Positions 54,652-64,000 of a stretch of DNA of 64,000 nucleotides are shown piece after piece. This DNA is from Candidatus Wolfebacteria bacterium GW2011_GWA1_44_24 (lineage in GTDB: Bacteria > Patescibacteriota > Minisyncoccia > UBA6257 > UBA9933), in the NCBI GenBank assembly GCA_001001115.1, contig LCIO01000001.1, forward strand, positions 6,426 through 70,425, given 5' to 3'. How positions within the stretch are numbered: the first letter of the stretch is position 1; each line of letters starts with the position of its first letter. The position numbers were made by a program, and so were the translations under genes. A model generated the notes under the pieces. It ran no database searches. It was not told the origin of the DNA and saw only the letters and a program-made list of their open reading frames with translations.

Positions 54652-55035
54652 TTACTTCAATTCTGTTTTTCTTCTTCCGCTACCGACTGTTTTTCTGACA
54701 TTGCCGCGCACGGTGCGAGAATTGGTTTTTGTCCGCTGTCCTCTCGCCGGCAATTTCCTCTCGTGCCGCAAACCCCTGTAACAATGAATTTCTTTAAGCC
54801 GCTTAATGTTGCTTCTGATAATTTGGCGTAATTCACCTTCAATTTTTTGTCTTTTTTCGATAAATTCCTTTATTTTATTTATTTCTCCCGGAGATAAATC
54901 TTTCGCTTTTTTGTTTTCATCAATTCCGGTTGATTCCAATATTTGAACCGCCGAAGCTCGGCCAATGCCGTAAATATAAGTAAGCGCTATTTCAATGCGC
55001 TTGTTATCGGGAATATTTATTCCGACTAATCTCAT
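54652..55035 (-). CDS. rpsM: 30S ribosomal protein S13
   Basis: MRLVGINIPDNKRIEIALTYIYGIG. Confidence 0.95.
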   Translation of the reverse strand: MRLVGINIPDNKRIEIALTYIYGIGRASAVQILESTGIDENKKAKDLSPGEINKIKEFIEKRQKIEGELRQIIRSNIKRLKEIHCYRGLRHERKLPARGQRTKTNSRTVRGNVRKTVGSGRRKTELK

Positions 55036-55037
55036 AA

Positions 55038-55154
55038 TTATCCTTGTCTTTGTTTATGCTTCGGATTTTTTTTACAAATCACATAAATCCGGCGTTCGCG
55101 CCGGATGATTTTACAATTTTGGCAAATCTTTTTAACCGATGAACGAACTTTCAT
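55038..55154 (-). CDS. rpmJ: 50S ribosomal protein L36
   Basis: Not in the ORF track because it is too short. The hand translation of the minus strand reads [38 protein letters not shown]. Its ATG overlaps the infA stop (TAATG). Confidence 0.9.
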   Translation of the reverse strand: MKVRSSVKKICQNCKIIRRERRIYVICKKNPKHKQRQG

Positions 55155-55369
55155 TATAATCTTCTTGTTATTCTTCCCCTTTTGCCGTCAGGAGACAATT
55201 CTATCAGGACTTTGTCTCCGGGTAACACCTTTATATGATGCAATCTCATTTTACCGGACAAATATGCCAGAATTTCCGTTTCATTACCGATTAATTTCAC
55301 CCTGAATGTCAAAGACGGCAAAGATTCCAAAACAATCCCCTCAACCGATTTTATTTTATTTTCCGGCAT
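55154..55369 (-). CDS. infA: translation initiation factor IF-1
   Basis: S1-like OB fold: [18 protein letters not shown]...[10 protein letters not shown]...ILPGDKV. Confidence 0.93.
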   Translation of the reverse strand: MPENKIKSVEGIVLESLPSLTFRVKLIGNETEILAYLSGKMRLHHIKVLPGDKVLIELSPDGKRGRITRRL

Positions 55370-55413
55370 TAAGTGAAAATTCTAATATATCAAAAAAACA
55401 ATGTCAACCCCGC

Positions 55414-56781
55414 TTATTCTATTATCGTTTTTATCTTCCCCACATCGTTCGGCACGCTTTTCACCCAAAACGGCCAGAAAGAAATTGTGGCTTTTTCGAT
55501 ATTTTGCAAAGAAAAAACGGCGATTTTCAACTCGCTTTCTTTTTTCTTCAAAATGGAATTTTTAAACGCTTTGGCATCAATCGGCTGCCAGAACGTTCCT
55601 TTGTAATTAACCGTAAAAGACATTTTCCCGTTTGGAAAATCCGGCCGGCCGACGCCGTAATCAATTTTATATTCTTTAGCTTCAAAATCTTGGCCCAAGG
55701 ATTGTTTGGCTAAACCGCTTATCAGTTTCAGCGCGTCGTTTTCTTTAAAAACGAATATTTTTAATTCTCCTTCCAGAGAAGCGAAAAAGTTTCCGTCTTT
55801 ATCGACGTCTTGACCGATATTTTCTTTGAGAAAATTAAATTCCTGGCTTCCTTCTATCGCCTTAAAATCTCCGGAAAGCTGCGAAAGGATAAAAATATTA
55901 AGATTTTCACGCAAAGCGATTTTAATTTTTTCTCTGGCATTTTTGATGTCATTATCGGTCGGATACGCCATTTCTCCGACAAATCCTCCTTTCATTGAAG
56001 CGCCGGATTTAGCATAAAAGCCGCTGTATTTCGGCGTGCCTTTAAAACCGGGAATAATAAAACGTTCGACGGAACCGATGTTATATTCTTCGCCGGCTTT
56101 TTCAGCGACAACATTCGCTTTGATGCTCGAAGGAATAATTTTTGCTTCTTCTATAATTGCGCCGGGAACAATTATTTTTCCGCTGAGCAAGAAAATTTTT
56201 CCGTCCGGCGCTTCGAATCTCGTGTCTTTTACAAGAGTCTGGGGCTGAGAACTGTAGGCATTATAAATAATTATTTCGCCGCCGGCTTTCTTTTCCACTT
56301 GTTTTTTGCCGGTGGCGACAAAAGCCATAGTTAAATTTCTCTTTTCCGAAAGAATCTCCGCCGGAATCTGTTTCAAAAGCAAATCAATGTCCGAAATGTT
56401 TTTTGAAACCGCCAGCCAATCATTGAAATTCCAGGAAGATTTTTTGGCAATAATTTTTATATCCACTCGCGGCAAAATTTCAAGCGCGGTATAGACAACG
56501 CCGCCGAGAACCGCCGAAAATAAAACAATAATTATGTATTTTCTTAATTTTGAGCCGCTCTTTTTTTCAGCCCGAGATTCTTCTCCTAAAAAATTTTCTT
56601 TGATTTTCGCGGCTACCGCCGGCATTTCCCCGGTCCAGTCTTCCGGCACTTGCTGCTCTATCGCCGCTTCTTTTATTTCTTTTCTGATCTCTTGCTTTTC
56701 GGATTTTACTTCCAATTTTTCTTCCTTCTCTTCTGGCGCCACAATATCAATTACTTTTATTTTTTTCGATTGCTTGTCCAT
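55414..56781 (-). CDS. hypothetical single-pass membrane protein with large beta-rich ectodomain
   Basis: Charged N-terminus, one TM helix (YIIIVLFSAVLGGVVYTAL), 360-aa C-terminal domain. No family confidently recognised. Confidence 0.5.
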   Translation of the reverse strand: MDKQSKKIKVIDIVAPEEKEEKLEVKSEKQEIRKEIKEAAIEQQVPEDWTGEMPAVAAKIKENFLGEESRAEKKSGSKLRKYIIIVLFSAVLGGVVYTALEILPRVDIKIIAKKSSWNFNDWLAVSKNISDIDLLLKQIPAEILSEKRNLTMAFVATGKKQVEKKAGGEIIIYNAYSSQPQTLVKDTRFEAPDGKIFLLSGKIIVPGAIIEEAKIIPSSIKANVVAEKAGEEYNIGSVERFIIPGFKGTPKYSGFYAKSGASMKGGFVGEMAYPTDNDIKNAREKIKIALRENLNIFILSQLSGDFKAIEGSQEFNFLKENIGQDVDKDGNFFASLEGELKIFVFKENDALKLISGLAKQSLGQDFEAKEYKIDYGVGRPDFPNGKMSFTVNYKGTFWQPIDAKAFKNSILKKKESELKIAVFSLQNIEKATISFWPFWVKSVPNDVGKIKTIIE

Positions 56782-56809
56782 AGATAAAAATTATTTTATA
56801 TATAATCGA

Positions 56810-58576
56810 TTAACTAATCAATGTTGCTTTGATTCTTCTTGTTCCGGCGCTGACCGATTCTTCTTTTGTTATTTTAAATTTTCCTATCTCCGAAGTCGAA
56901 TTTACGTGCGGTCCGCCGCAAAATTCCGCGCTAATAAATCCTATAAAATAAACTTTGACGACTTCCGGATATTGGGTCTTGAAAAAACGCAAAGCGCCGG
57001 TTTTTTCCGCTTCGCTTTTCGGCATTTCTTTAAAATAAACGGGGAGGTTTTCCTGAATTTTTTGGTTGACCGACTCTTCCGTTTTCTTAATTTCTTCGGT
57101 TGTCATTTTGCGGCCAAAAGAAAAATCAAAACGCAATCGTTCGGCGTTAATGTCCGAACCCGTTTGTCCGACTTCGTTTCCCAAAACCTCCCGCAAAGCC
57201 CATTGCAATAAATGAGTGGCTGTATGGAGCCGGATAACTTTTTTCATTTCTTCTTCATCGACTGCTTTCAACTCTCCCGTGTCTAAAATCAAACCATGAC
57301 CGCCGAATTTTTTGGTTATTCCGGCTCGGGAAATTTCTTGATGTTTTTGAGATTCTTTGTCAAAATCCTTTCTCCCAAGATTTTTAACCGCTTCTTTCGG
57401 CCCCAATTCCAAAATCAATTCAAACGGCAAACCGAAAGTTTCATAAAGATAAAAAGCGGTTTTGCCATCAATTTCCGGATATTTCCCTATTTCTTTGACG
57501 CCGCGGCTTACCGCTTCTTCAAACTTCAAACGCTCTTCCTCTAAAACCGACAAAATTTCTTTTATTTTTTTAATTTCCGGATAAATTTCGCCGAATTTAT
57601 CATTTATGATTTCCAATGTCTCGGGAAATAAATCCGCGTGGATATCATATTTAACGGAATACGCCAAAATCCGGCGAAGCAATCGGCGCAAAATATAGCC
57701 GGTTTCTTTATTTGACGGCCGAACGCCGTCGCTGATTAAAAATATTGAAGAACGCAGATGGTCCGCGAGAATCCTGATTATTTTCTGTTCCAAACCAGGC
57801 GCTAATTCATTAATTTTCGCGATTAAAGGCATAAAAATATCTGTTTCAAAAACATCGTCTTTCCCCTGCAAAACCGACGCCAATCTTTCAAACCCCATGC
57901 CGGTATCAACGCCAAGATTGCCGGTTTTTTTAAAAACGCCGTTTTTTTCTTTGTAATATTCATTGAAAACCAGATTCCAGATTTCCACGCCGTCAACGTA
58001 AATTTCGCTCGACGGACCGCAAGGACCTTCGTCGCCGGTCGGCCCCCAAAAATTATCCGCTCTTTCTCCCAAAATAATTTTATCTTTCGGCAAACCGATT
58101 TCGTCATGCCAAATTTTATAAGACTCTTCATCAAAAGGAATTTCATTGTCGCCTTTAAAAACGGAAATTGCGATTCTTTCGAAGTTGATTCCCAAAACAT
58201 CGGCGACAAATTCATAGGCCCAAAAAATCGCCGAGCGTTTAAAATAACCGGCTGCCGATAAATCTTCGGGATTGTCCGAACCAGCCGGTCCGAAAGAAAA
58301 ATTCCCCAGCATCTCAAAAAATGTCAGATGCGTCCTGTCGCCGACTTCTTCAATATCGGTGGTGCGGAAACACTTTTGAATCGATGCTGTCCGCTGAGAG
58401 CCAAACTCCCGCAAAGCGTTGAGTTCCCCGGTATAATATTTTTTGAATTGCTGCATTCCGGCAGTCGTCAAAAGAACCGAAACGTCGTCGGGAATTAAAG
58501 AAGAAGAAGGGATAATTTTATGTCCTTTTTTCTTAAAAAAATCCAAAAAGGACTGACGGATTTCTTCCGATAACAT
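56810..58576 (-). CDS. alaS: alanyl-tRNA synthetase, short form lacking the C-Ala domain
   Basis: IRQSFLDFFKKKGHKIIPSSSL N-terminus. Editing-site HTATHLL (HxxxH) and CGGPHV (CxxxH) near the C-terminus. Only 588 aa. Confidence 0.88.
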   Translation of the reverse strand: MLSEEIRQSFLDFFKKKGHKIIPSSSLIPDDVSVLLTTAGMQQFKKYYTGELNALREFGSQRTASIQKCFRTTDIEEVGDRTHLTFFEMLGNFSFGPAGSDNPEDLSAAGYFKRSAIFWAYEFVADVLGINFERIAISVFKGDNEIPFDEESYKIWHDEIGLPKDKIILGERADNFWGPTGDEGPCGPSSEIYVDGVEIWNLVFNEYYKEKNGVFKKTGNLGVDTGMGFERLASVLQGKDDVFETDIFMPLIAKINELAPGLEQKIIRILADHLRSSIFLISDGVRPSNKETGYILRRLLRRILAYSVKYDIHADLFPETLEIINDKFGEIYPEIKKIKEILSVLEEERLKFEEAVSRGVKEIGKYPEIDGKTAFYLYETFGLPFELILELGPKEAVKNLGRKDFDKESQKHQEISRAGITKKFGGHGLILDTGELKAVDEEEMKKVIRLHTATHLLQWALREVLGNEVGQTGSDINAERLRFDFSFGRKMTTEEIKKTEESVNQKIQENLPVYFKEMPKSEAEKTGALRFFKTQYPEVVKVYFIGFISAEFCGGPHVNSTSEIGKFKITKEESVSAGTRRIKATLIS

Positions 58577-58577
58577 T

Positions 58578-59804
58578 TTAATAATCTTCCAAAGCTTTGA
58601 TTTTCCCGTGTTTTTTAATTTTCTCCAGCGATTTGGCTTCTATTTGGCGAATCCGTTCGCGAGTAACATTGAATTTTTTTCCAACCTCTTCCAATGTGTG
58701 AGTGATGCTGTCTTCCAAACCAAAACGCATTTTCAGTATCTCTTGTTCCCGAGGAGACAAGTCAACCAAAATTTCGTTGATTTTATCCTTCAATAACAAA
58801 CGGGAAACTAATTGAGTCGAAGTCGGACTTTTATCGTCTTTGACAATTTCCGCTAAAGTTGAATCTTCATCTTCTTCTCCTATCGGCGATTCAAGAGACA
58901 TCACTTCTTGGGAAATCTTCTGGATATGATGGATTTTTTCGATATTCATTCCCATTTCAATGGCAATTTCTTCGGCCAACGGTTCCCGCCCCAATTCCTG
59001 CGAGAGTCGCCTCTTCATTTGGGTGTATTTGGAAATCGTTTCAATCATATGAACCGGTATTCTGATAGTGCGCGACTGGTCGGCTAAAGCCCTGGTAATG
59101 GCCTGCCTGATCCACCAAGTGGCGTATGTGGAAAATTTAAACCCCCGGCGGTAATCGAATTTTTCCACCGCTTTGGCAAGGCCGATGTTGCCTTCCTGAA
59201 TTAAATCAAGAATACCGAGATTCGGCGTGCGGTAAATATAACGTTTGGCAATGGAAACCACTAACCGCAAATTGGCGCGAATAAGTTTTTGACGGCATTC
59301 TTCATCGCCTTTTTCTATTCGTTTAGCCAACTCTTTTTCTTCGTTGCCGTTGATCAGCGAAGTTTTCCCGATTTCCCGAAGATACATCTGAACCGCGTCG
59401 GGCACATCCACCCCCTCGATTTCGGTCGCTTTTTTCAGTTCTTTTGCGCTTACCTCTTCTTTTCCCGACACTTCAATCAACTGGGAAGTTTCAATCGTTT
59501 TGATGCCGGCTTTTTCCAGACGAGAATAAATTTCATCGAGAAAACTTATGTCTTTTTCAATATTCGGAAAATAATTAAGAATTTCCGTGTCTGTAACAAA
59601 ACCCCGCGGCCGGCCGCGTTTAATGAGTTCTCCAATCAGCGACTCGTCAAGCTTAAACTTCTTCTTTGGCGATTTTGATTTTTTAGCAAATTTTTTCTTT
59701 GGGGCCGATTTTCCAACTCTTCTTTTTTTTAACGTTCTTATTTTTTTCTTTTTCCCACTTTTCCTTTCTGCAATTCTTTTATTTTTTATTTTATTTTTTC
59801 TCAT
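58578..59804 (-). CDS. rpoD: RNA polymerase sigma factor RpoD (sigma70)
   Basis: Region 2 [13 protein letters not shown], region 4 helix-turn-helix [20 protein letters not shown]. Lys-rich ~50-aa N-terminus. Confidence 0.92.
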   Translation of the reverse strand: MRKNKIKNKRIAERKSGKKKKIRTLKKRRVGKSAPKKKFAKKSKSPKKKFKLDESLIGELIKRGRPRGFVTDTEILNYFPNIEKDISFLDEIYSRLEKAGIKTIETSQLIEVSGKEEVSAKELKKATEIEGVDVPDAVQMYLREIGKTSLINGNEEKELAKRIEKGDEECRQKLIRANLRLVVSIAKRYIYRTPNLGILDLIQEGNIGLAKAVEKFDYRRGFKFSTYATWWIRQAITRALADQSRTIRIPVHMIETISKYTQMKRRLSQELGREPLAEEIAIEMGMNIEKIHHIQKISQEVMSLESPIGEEDEDSTLAEIVKDDKSPTSTQLVSRLLLKDKINEILVDLSPREQEILKMRFGLEDSITHTLEEVGKKFNVTRERIRQIEAKSLEKIKKHGKIKALEDY

Positions 59805-59861
59805 TTTTTATTTTTTAGTAAACCCATTACACAAAGATTCACCGTCGGTAAAACTCCAAAA

Positions 59862-61610
59862 TTATGTGGTGGGTCTATTATGAATTATTTTGGAAATCTC
59901 GTCAAATTCTTTAAGAATTGACGATATTTTTTCTTCGTCTTCGCTTTTTTCGGCTTCTTTCAATAATTTCGTCATTTCTTCCCGTTTTTCCTTGAAATAC
60001 TCCGAGTGAAGATGACCGAGGAGTTCTTGATATTCAAAATTTATTTTTTCTTCTTCAAAATTTTGAAATTCAAAAGAAGAGCGGAGTGAAATCAAATTTA
60101 AAAGATTAAGCAGGCGTTCGTCTTTCAATTTTGTTCTATTAATCAAACTTTCCGCAATGGCCAAATAATCGTTAGGCAGGTAATTAAGGTAATTTTTCAT
60201 TTGATTCCGCCATTCGTCTTTAACCATCATTAATCCTATTAATCTTTGAATAATCGTTTCGCGTCGCGAGTTCAATTGGATTATCTGTCGGTTAATTGGC
60301 TGACCGGCATCTAAGCCGCTTAGCCGGTTTATTAATTTCAATTGTTTCATTTCATCCGCCAGCGCTTCTTCTTTCACTCCGGTTTTCAGGGAAAGTTCCT
60401 TAAGCCAATGGGATTGTTCAATCGGACTTGCCAGATTTTTTATTTTTTCCAAAATAATTCGAAGATTTTTTTTAAATTCGCTTAAATCTTTTTTTTCTTT
60501 TCCTTCCGACAAATAACGGCTGAAATAAAATTCCATCGCCGATTCGGATTTTTTTATCAAATTGGCCAGGATTCCAGGCTTTTTTGCCGCTACTTCGGCC
60601 GGATCTTTGTATTCGTCGAGAGTCAAAATTTTCACGCTGAAATCGAGACTATTGGCTAAATCAATGCTTCTCTCTGCGGCTTTGAATCCGGCCTCGTCGT
60701 TGTCAAAGCAAAAAACAAGATTTTCCGTTTGCCGACGCAAAGTTTTCAAATGGTCAGGCGTCAATGCGGTGCCGGAAACGGCCGCCGTGTTTTTTACGCC
60801 GTCTTGATGAGCCATCAGAAAATCCATCTGGCCTTCGACCAAAACCGCCGAATTTTCTTCCCGAATAAATTTTTTACTCGCGTAAAATCCGTAAAGGATT
60901 TTTGATTTGCTGAAAATCGGAGTTTCCGGACTGTTGACATATTTTCCCATTTCGCCAGTATCGAATTTCGGCATAATTCTTCCGGAAAATCCGATTGTTT
61001 TGCCGAAATGATTATGAATGGGAAACATTATCCGATTGCGAAATCTGTCAACATAATTTCCTTTTTCGGTTTTAAAATTCAATCCGGCTCTTTCTATGTC
61101 TTTTACCGCAAATCCTTTCTTAATCAAAACAAGAGTCAGCTGGTCAAATCCTTGAGGAGCAAAACCCAACTCAAACTCTTCAATGGTTTCTTTTTTTAGT
61201 CCCCGGTCATAAAGATATTCCAACGCCTCCTTGTTCTTTTCATCCGCCAACTGGAGGATAAAAAAATCTTTGGCGGCATCGTTGATTTCATACAAAATTT
61301 CAAATTGCCTTTGTTCCATCGGACTGGTTTTTTTTAATTCCACGCCGGCTTTTTCCGCCAAGATTTTCAAAGCCTCATAAAATTCCAGATTTTCATATTT
61401 CATCAAAAATTTGAAAACATCGCCGCCCTCGGAACAAGAACCGAAACAATGCCAAGTCTGCCGCTCCGGCGAAATAATAAAAGAAGGCGTTTTTTCTTTG
61501 TGAAACGGGCAAAGCGCTTTGAAATTTTTGCCTGCCGGCGAAAGCGGAATATAAGAACGGATGAATTCAACGATATCAATCTTATCTTTAATTTGTTCGA
61601 TTGGAGTCAT
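59862..61610 (-). CDS. dnaG: DNA primase
   Basis: Zinc finger CPFHKEKTPSF...HCFGC, TOPRIM VLVEGQMD and DNDEAG. Confidence 0.92.
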   Translation of the reverse strand: MTPIEQIKDKIDIVEFIRSYIPLSPAGKNFKALCPFHKEKTPSFIISPERQTWHCFGSCSEGGDVFKFLMKYENLEFYEALKILAEKAGVELKKTSPMEQRQFEILYEINDAAKDFFILQLADEKNKEALEYLYDRGLKKETIEEFELGFAPQGFDQLTLVLIKKGFAVKDIERAGLNFKTEKGNYVDRFRNRIMFPIHNHFGKTIGFSGRIMPKFDTGEMGKYVNSPETPIFSKSKILYGFYASKKFIREENSAVLVEGQMDFLMAHQDGVKNTAAVSGTALTPDHLKTLRRQTENLVFCFDNDEAGFKAAERSIDLANSLDFSVKILTLDEYKDPAEVAAKKPGILANLIKKSESAMEFYFSRYLSEGKEKKDLSEFKKNLRIILEKIKNLASPIEQSHWLKELSLKTGVKEEALADEMKQLKLINRLSGLDAGQPINRQIIQLNSRRETIIQRLIGLMMVKDEWRNQMKNYLNYLPNDYLAIAESLINRTKLKDERLLNLLNLISLRSSFEFQNFEEEKINFEYQELLGHLHSEYFKEKREEMTKLLKEAEKSEDEEKISSILKEFDEISKIIHNRPTT

Positions 61611-61659
61611 AATCTTTTGTTTTTCCTATATTTTATTATATTATGTAGAGAATAACAAA

Positions 61660-62952
61660 ATGCGCAACAATATCGTTCATATCGGCGCCGGCGAACTTAC
61701 TTATGAAATAAGGGAAATCGTCGATGTTGCCGAAAAACTGGAAAAACTGGGTATCAATATCCTTTGGGAAAATATCGGCGACCCGGTGGCCAAAGGCGAA
61801 CAAGTGCCGACTTGGATAAAAGAAGTTGTCAGGGAGGCGGTTAATGAAGATAAAAATTTCGCTTACTCGCCTACCAAGGGGCTTCTTCAAGTCCGTGAAT
61901 TTCTGGCAGAAAAATGCAATTCAAACGGCGGCGTAAAAATCACGGCCGATGATATTATTTTTTTTAACGGCTTGGGCGACGCCATTTCTAAAATTTACAC
62001 TTCCCTAAACAGGGAATCGCGGATTATCGGCCCGTCGCCGGCGTATTCCACTCATTCTTCAGCGGAAGGAGCTCATGCCGGAAGCCACCATTTGACTTAT
62101 AATTTAACGCCGGAGCTTGGCTGGCTGCCGGACATCAACGATTTGCGGAATAAAGTCCGCTATAATCCGGCCGTTTCCGGCATATTGATTATTAATCCCG
62201 ACAATCCGACCGGCATGATTTATCCGACCCGCGTTCTCAAAGAAATCGTAAAAATCGCCAAAGAATACGATTTATTTATTATCTCCGACGAAATTTACGC
62301 TAACATTATTTTTGGCAGCGGAGAAACCGCCAAATTATCGGAGGTCATCAATGAAATTCCGGGTATTGCCATGAAAGGCATTTCCAAAGAACTCCCCTGG
62401 CCAGGAGCGCGTTGCGGCTGGATTGAAGTTTATAACAAAAACAAAGACTCGATTTTCGCCAGATACGTAAAATCGATTGTTGACGCCAAAATGCTCGAGG
62501 TCTGTTCAACTACCCTGCCTCAAGCCGTTATTCCCAAAATCATGTCCGACCCGCGATATGGAACGCACTTAAAAGAAAGAAATGAAAGATATGGAAAACG
62601 GGCTGAACTCGCTTATAAAATTATCAATTCAATCGAGGGCGTCATCGCGCCAAAACCCTCGGGCGCTTTTTATATGTCCATTATCTTTAAAGACGGCGTT
62701 CTAAATAACCGACAAAAATTGAAGATTGAAAACGAAAAAGCCGGGCAATTAGTGGAAGAAATTTCAAAGAATGTGGCGCCGGATAAAAGATTCGCCTACT
62801 ATTTAATGGCCGCCAGCGGCATCTGCGTCGTGCCCTTGACCGGTTTTAATTCCGATTTATACGGCTTTAGAATAACTCTCCTTGAACCCGATGAAGAAAA
62901 ATTCAAACAAATTCTTTCAACTTTGGCGGAGAAAATCAACGAATATTTATAA
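61660..62952 (+). CDS. class I/II PLP-dependent aminotransferase (alanine/aspartate aminotransferase-like)
   Basis: NPDNPTG, SDEIY, PLP-lysine context GISKELPWPGARCGW. The internal ATG 61660 is used because the track extension overlaps dnaG. Confidence 0.8.
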   Translation: MRNNIVHIGAGELTYEIREIVDVAEKLEKLGINILWENIGDPVAKGEQVPTWIKEVVREAVNEDKNFAYSPTKGLLQVREFLAEKCNSNGGVKITADDIIFFNGLGDAISKIYTSLNRESRIIGPSPAYSTHSSAEGAHAGSHHLTYNLTPELGWLPDINDLRNKVRYNPAVSGILIINPDNPTGMIYPTRVLKEIVKIAKEYDLFIISDEIYANIIFGSGETAKLSEVINEIPGIAMKGISKELPWPGARCGWIEVYNKNKDSIFARYVKSIVDAKMLEVCSTTLPQAVIPKIMSDPRYGTHLKERNERYGKRAELAYKIINSIEGVIAPKPSGAFYMSIIFKDGVLNNRQKLKIENEKAGQLVEEISKNVAPDKRFAYYLMAASGICVVPLTGFNSDLYGFRITLLEPDEEKFKQILSTLAEKINEYL

Positions 62953-62963
62953 GCCTCTCACTT

Positions 62964-63653
62964 ATGAAAATTCTGGAAATTAAAAATCTCAATGTCAGAC
63001 TTGGCGGTACAAAAGTTTTGGAAGACATAAATTTTGAAGTGGAAAAGGGTGAGGTTTTGGCGATTATCGGACCCAATGGCGCGGGGAAGACCGTTTTGCT
63101 CAAGACACTGCTTGGCATTCTGCCGTATAAAGGCGAAATTAAATGGCAACCGAACATCAAAATCGGCTATGTGCCCCAACGAATGGACATCGAAACCGAT
63201 ATTCCCTTGACGGTCGCGGAATTTTTGAAATTGCGCGGTAAAATCGTAAGCGACGAAAACATCAAAGAGAAATTGAAAAATGTGGGACTTAATGAAAATA
63301 TTCTGAAATCCGGCCTGGGCAAAATTTCCATCGGCCAAAGACAAAGAATTTTAGTCGCTTTTTCGACATTAAACGACCCCGATGTTCTGCTTTTTGATGA
63401 ACCAACCGCCGATATCGACATCGCCGGCCAAGAATCTATTTATAAAATGCTTCATCAATTGCAGAAAAGTTTTGATTTCACGGTTATTCTTGTTTCTCAC
63501 GACCTTAACGTTGTTTATCGTTACGCGGATAAAGTGCTTTGTTTGAACAAAAAAAACATTTGCCTGGGAACGCCAAAGGAAATTTTCAACACCGAACAAT
63601 TATTGAATCTCTACGGCGGAGAAAAAGGATTTTACGCGCATAAACACCAATGA
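62964..63653 (+). CDS. ABC transporter ATP-binding protein (Znu/Mnt-type metal importer)
   Basis: GPNGAGKT Walker A, ISIGQRQRILVA signature, LLFDEPTADID Walker B. Confidence 0.85.
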   Translation: MKILEIKNLNVRLGGTKVLEDINFEVEKGEVLAIIGPNGAGKTVLLKTLLGILPYKGEIKWQPNIKIGYVPQRMDIETDIPLTVAEFLKLRGKIVSDENIKEKLKNVGLNENILKSGLGKISIGQRQRILVAFSTLNDPDVLLFDEPTADIDIAGQESIYKMLHQLQKSFDFTVILVSHDLNVVYRYADKVLCLNKKNICLGTPKEIFNTEQLLNLYGGEKGFYAHKHQ

Positions 63654-64000
63654 GTATTTTAATTCAATCTATTATCGTTTCGATTTTCGTCGCCGCGGCC
63701 GCCAGCCTGCTTGGTTCGTTTGCCATTCTCAAAAGAATGGCTTTGGTGGGCGATGCTTTAAGCCATGTGGCTTTGCCGGGAATCGCCTTGGCGCTGATTT
63801 TCAATTTCAATCCGTTTCTGGGAGCCGTAATTTTTCTGATTGCGGCCGTTACCGGCATTTGGTTTCTCGAGTACAAAAGTGACTTGTCGGTGGAAACTCT
63901 TGTCGGCGTGTTTTTTGCCGCTAGTTTGGCTTTGGGAGCCGTCATTACGCCCGAACATGAATTGCTGGAAACGCTTTTGGGAAATATTGCCTCTTTAACC
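63650..64000 (+). CDS. ABC-3 family metal-importer permease (ZnuB/MntB-like), truncated by the window end
   Basis: ATGA overlap with the upstream stop. The hand translation reads MSILIQSIIVSIFVAAAASLLGSFAILKRMALVGDALSHVALPGIAL..., open to the window edge. Confidence 0.75.
   Translation, partial: MSILIQSIIVSIFVAAAASLLGSFAILKRMALVGDALSHVALPGIALALIFNFNPFLGAVIFLIAAVTGIWFLEYKSDLSVETLVGVFFAASLALGAVITPEHELLETLLGNIASLT

Noticed and set aside
55306-57211. Plus-strand ORFs at 55306-55713, 55373-55606 and 56534-57211
   Set aside because: They lie antisense to infA, the 455-aa gene and alaS. Their Phe/Ser-rich low-complexity translations are typical of antisense frames in AT-rich DNA.
1-64000. CRISPR arrays, cas genes, transposases, integrases, reverse transcriptases/DGRs, prophage blocks and rRNA genes
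   Set aside because: I found no regularly spaced direct repeats. None of the ORF translations shows DDE, tyrosine or serine recombinase, RT (YxDD) or Cas motifs. No rRNA-like conserved stretches are present.

Overview
AT-rich, gene-dense chromosomal window, about 90% coding and mostly on the minus strand. It looks like a Candidate Phyla Radiation / Patescibacteria (Parcubacteria-like) genome: small streamlined informational proteins, no L30 gene between rpsE and rplO, several GT-C/GT2 glycosyltransferases, a type IV pilin and very short intergenic spacers.

Content from left to right:
- A long overlapping minus-strand super-operon: DUF4015-like, scpA, scpB, PBP5-like carboxypeptidase, mraY, degenerate amidohydrolase, ftsW, murG, gltX, murC, PD-(D/E)XK nuclease.
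- A terminator-bounded two-gene islet: an NYN RNase plus a GC-rich 335-aa orphan.
- dnaX, an S8 protease, tRNA-Gln, a zinc-ribbon membrane protein and obg.
- A GC-rich DEAD-box helicase followed by a 500-bp non-coding region holding a repeat and a long structured element.
- DJ-1, a Kef-type antiporter, ftsX-ftsE-prfB preceded by tRNA-Thr, and an orphan VirD4/TraD-like ATPase with a small partner.
- Two GT39-like glycosyltransferases, pyk, ychF, two small orphans, an ftsQ-like gene, and serS-pilin-lysS-greA-GT2.
- A complete map-adk-secY-spc-S10 ribosomal block, preceded by tuf and by the infA-rpmJ-rpsM-rpsK-rpsD-rpoA-rplQ block.
- A 455-aa orphan membrane protein, alaS, rpoD, dnaG, an aminotransferase and a Znu-like ABC importer (truncated by the window edge).

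I found two tRNAs and no rRNA, CRISPR array, transposase or integrase.

The best candidate for an undescribed system is the NYN + 335-aa islet (12262-13990). Other points worth follow-up:
- An HxH-less amidohydrolase sitting in the murD slot of the dcw cluster.
- An RpoA with no C-terminal domain.
- tRNA genes abutting start codons, and -10 boxes 7-9 nt from ATGs, which suggest leaderless expression.
- A ~100-nt intergenic repeat with one compensatory base-pair change.
- A 164-nt 6S-like or MITE-like nested hairpin.
- A terminator/promoter split between rpsJ and rplC.

All family assignments come from reading motifs in the supplied translations. No database search or numerical computation was run.
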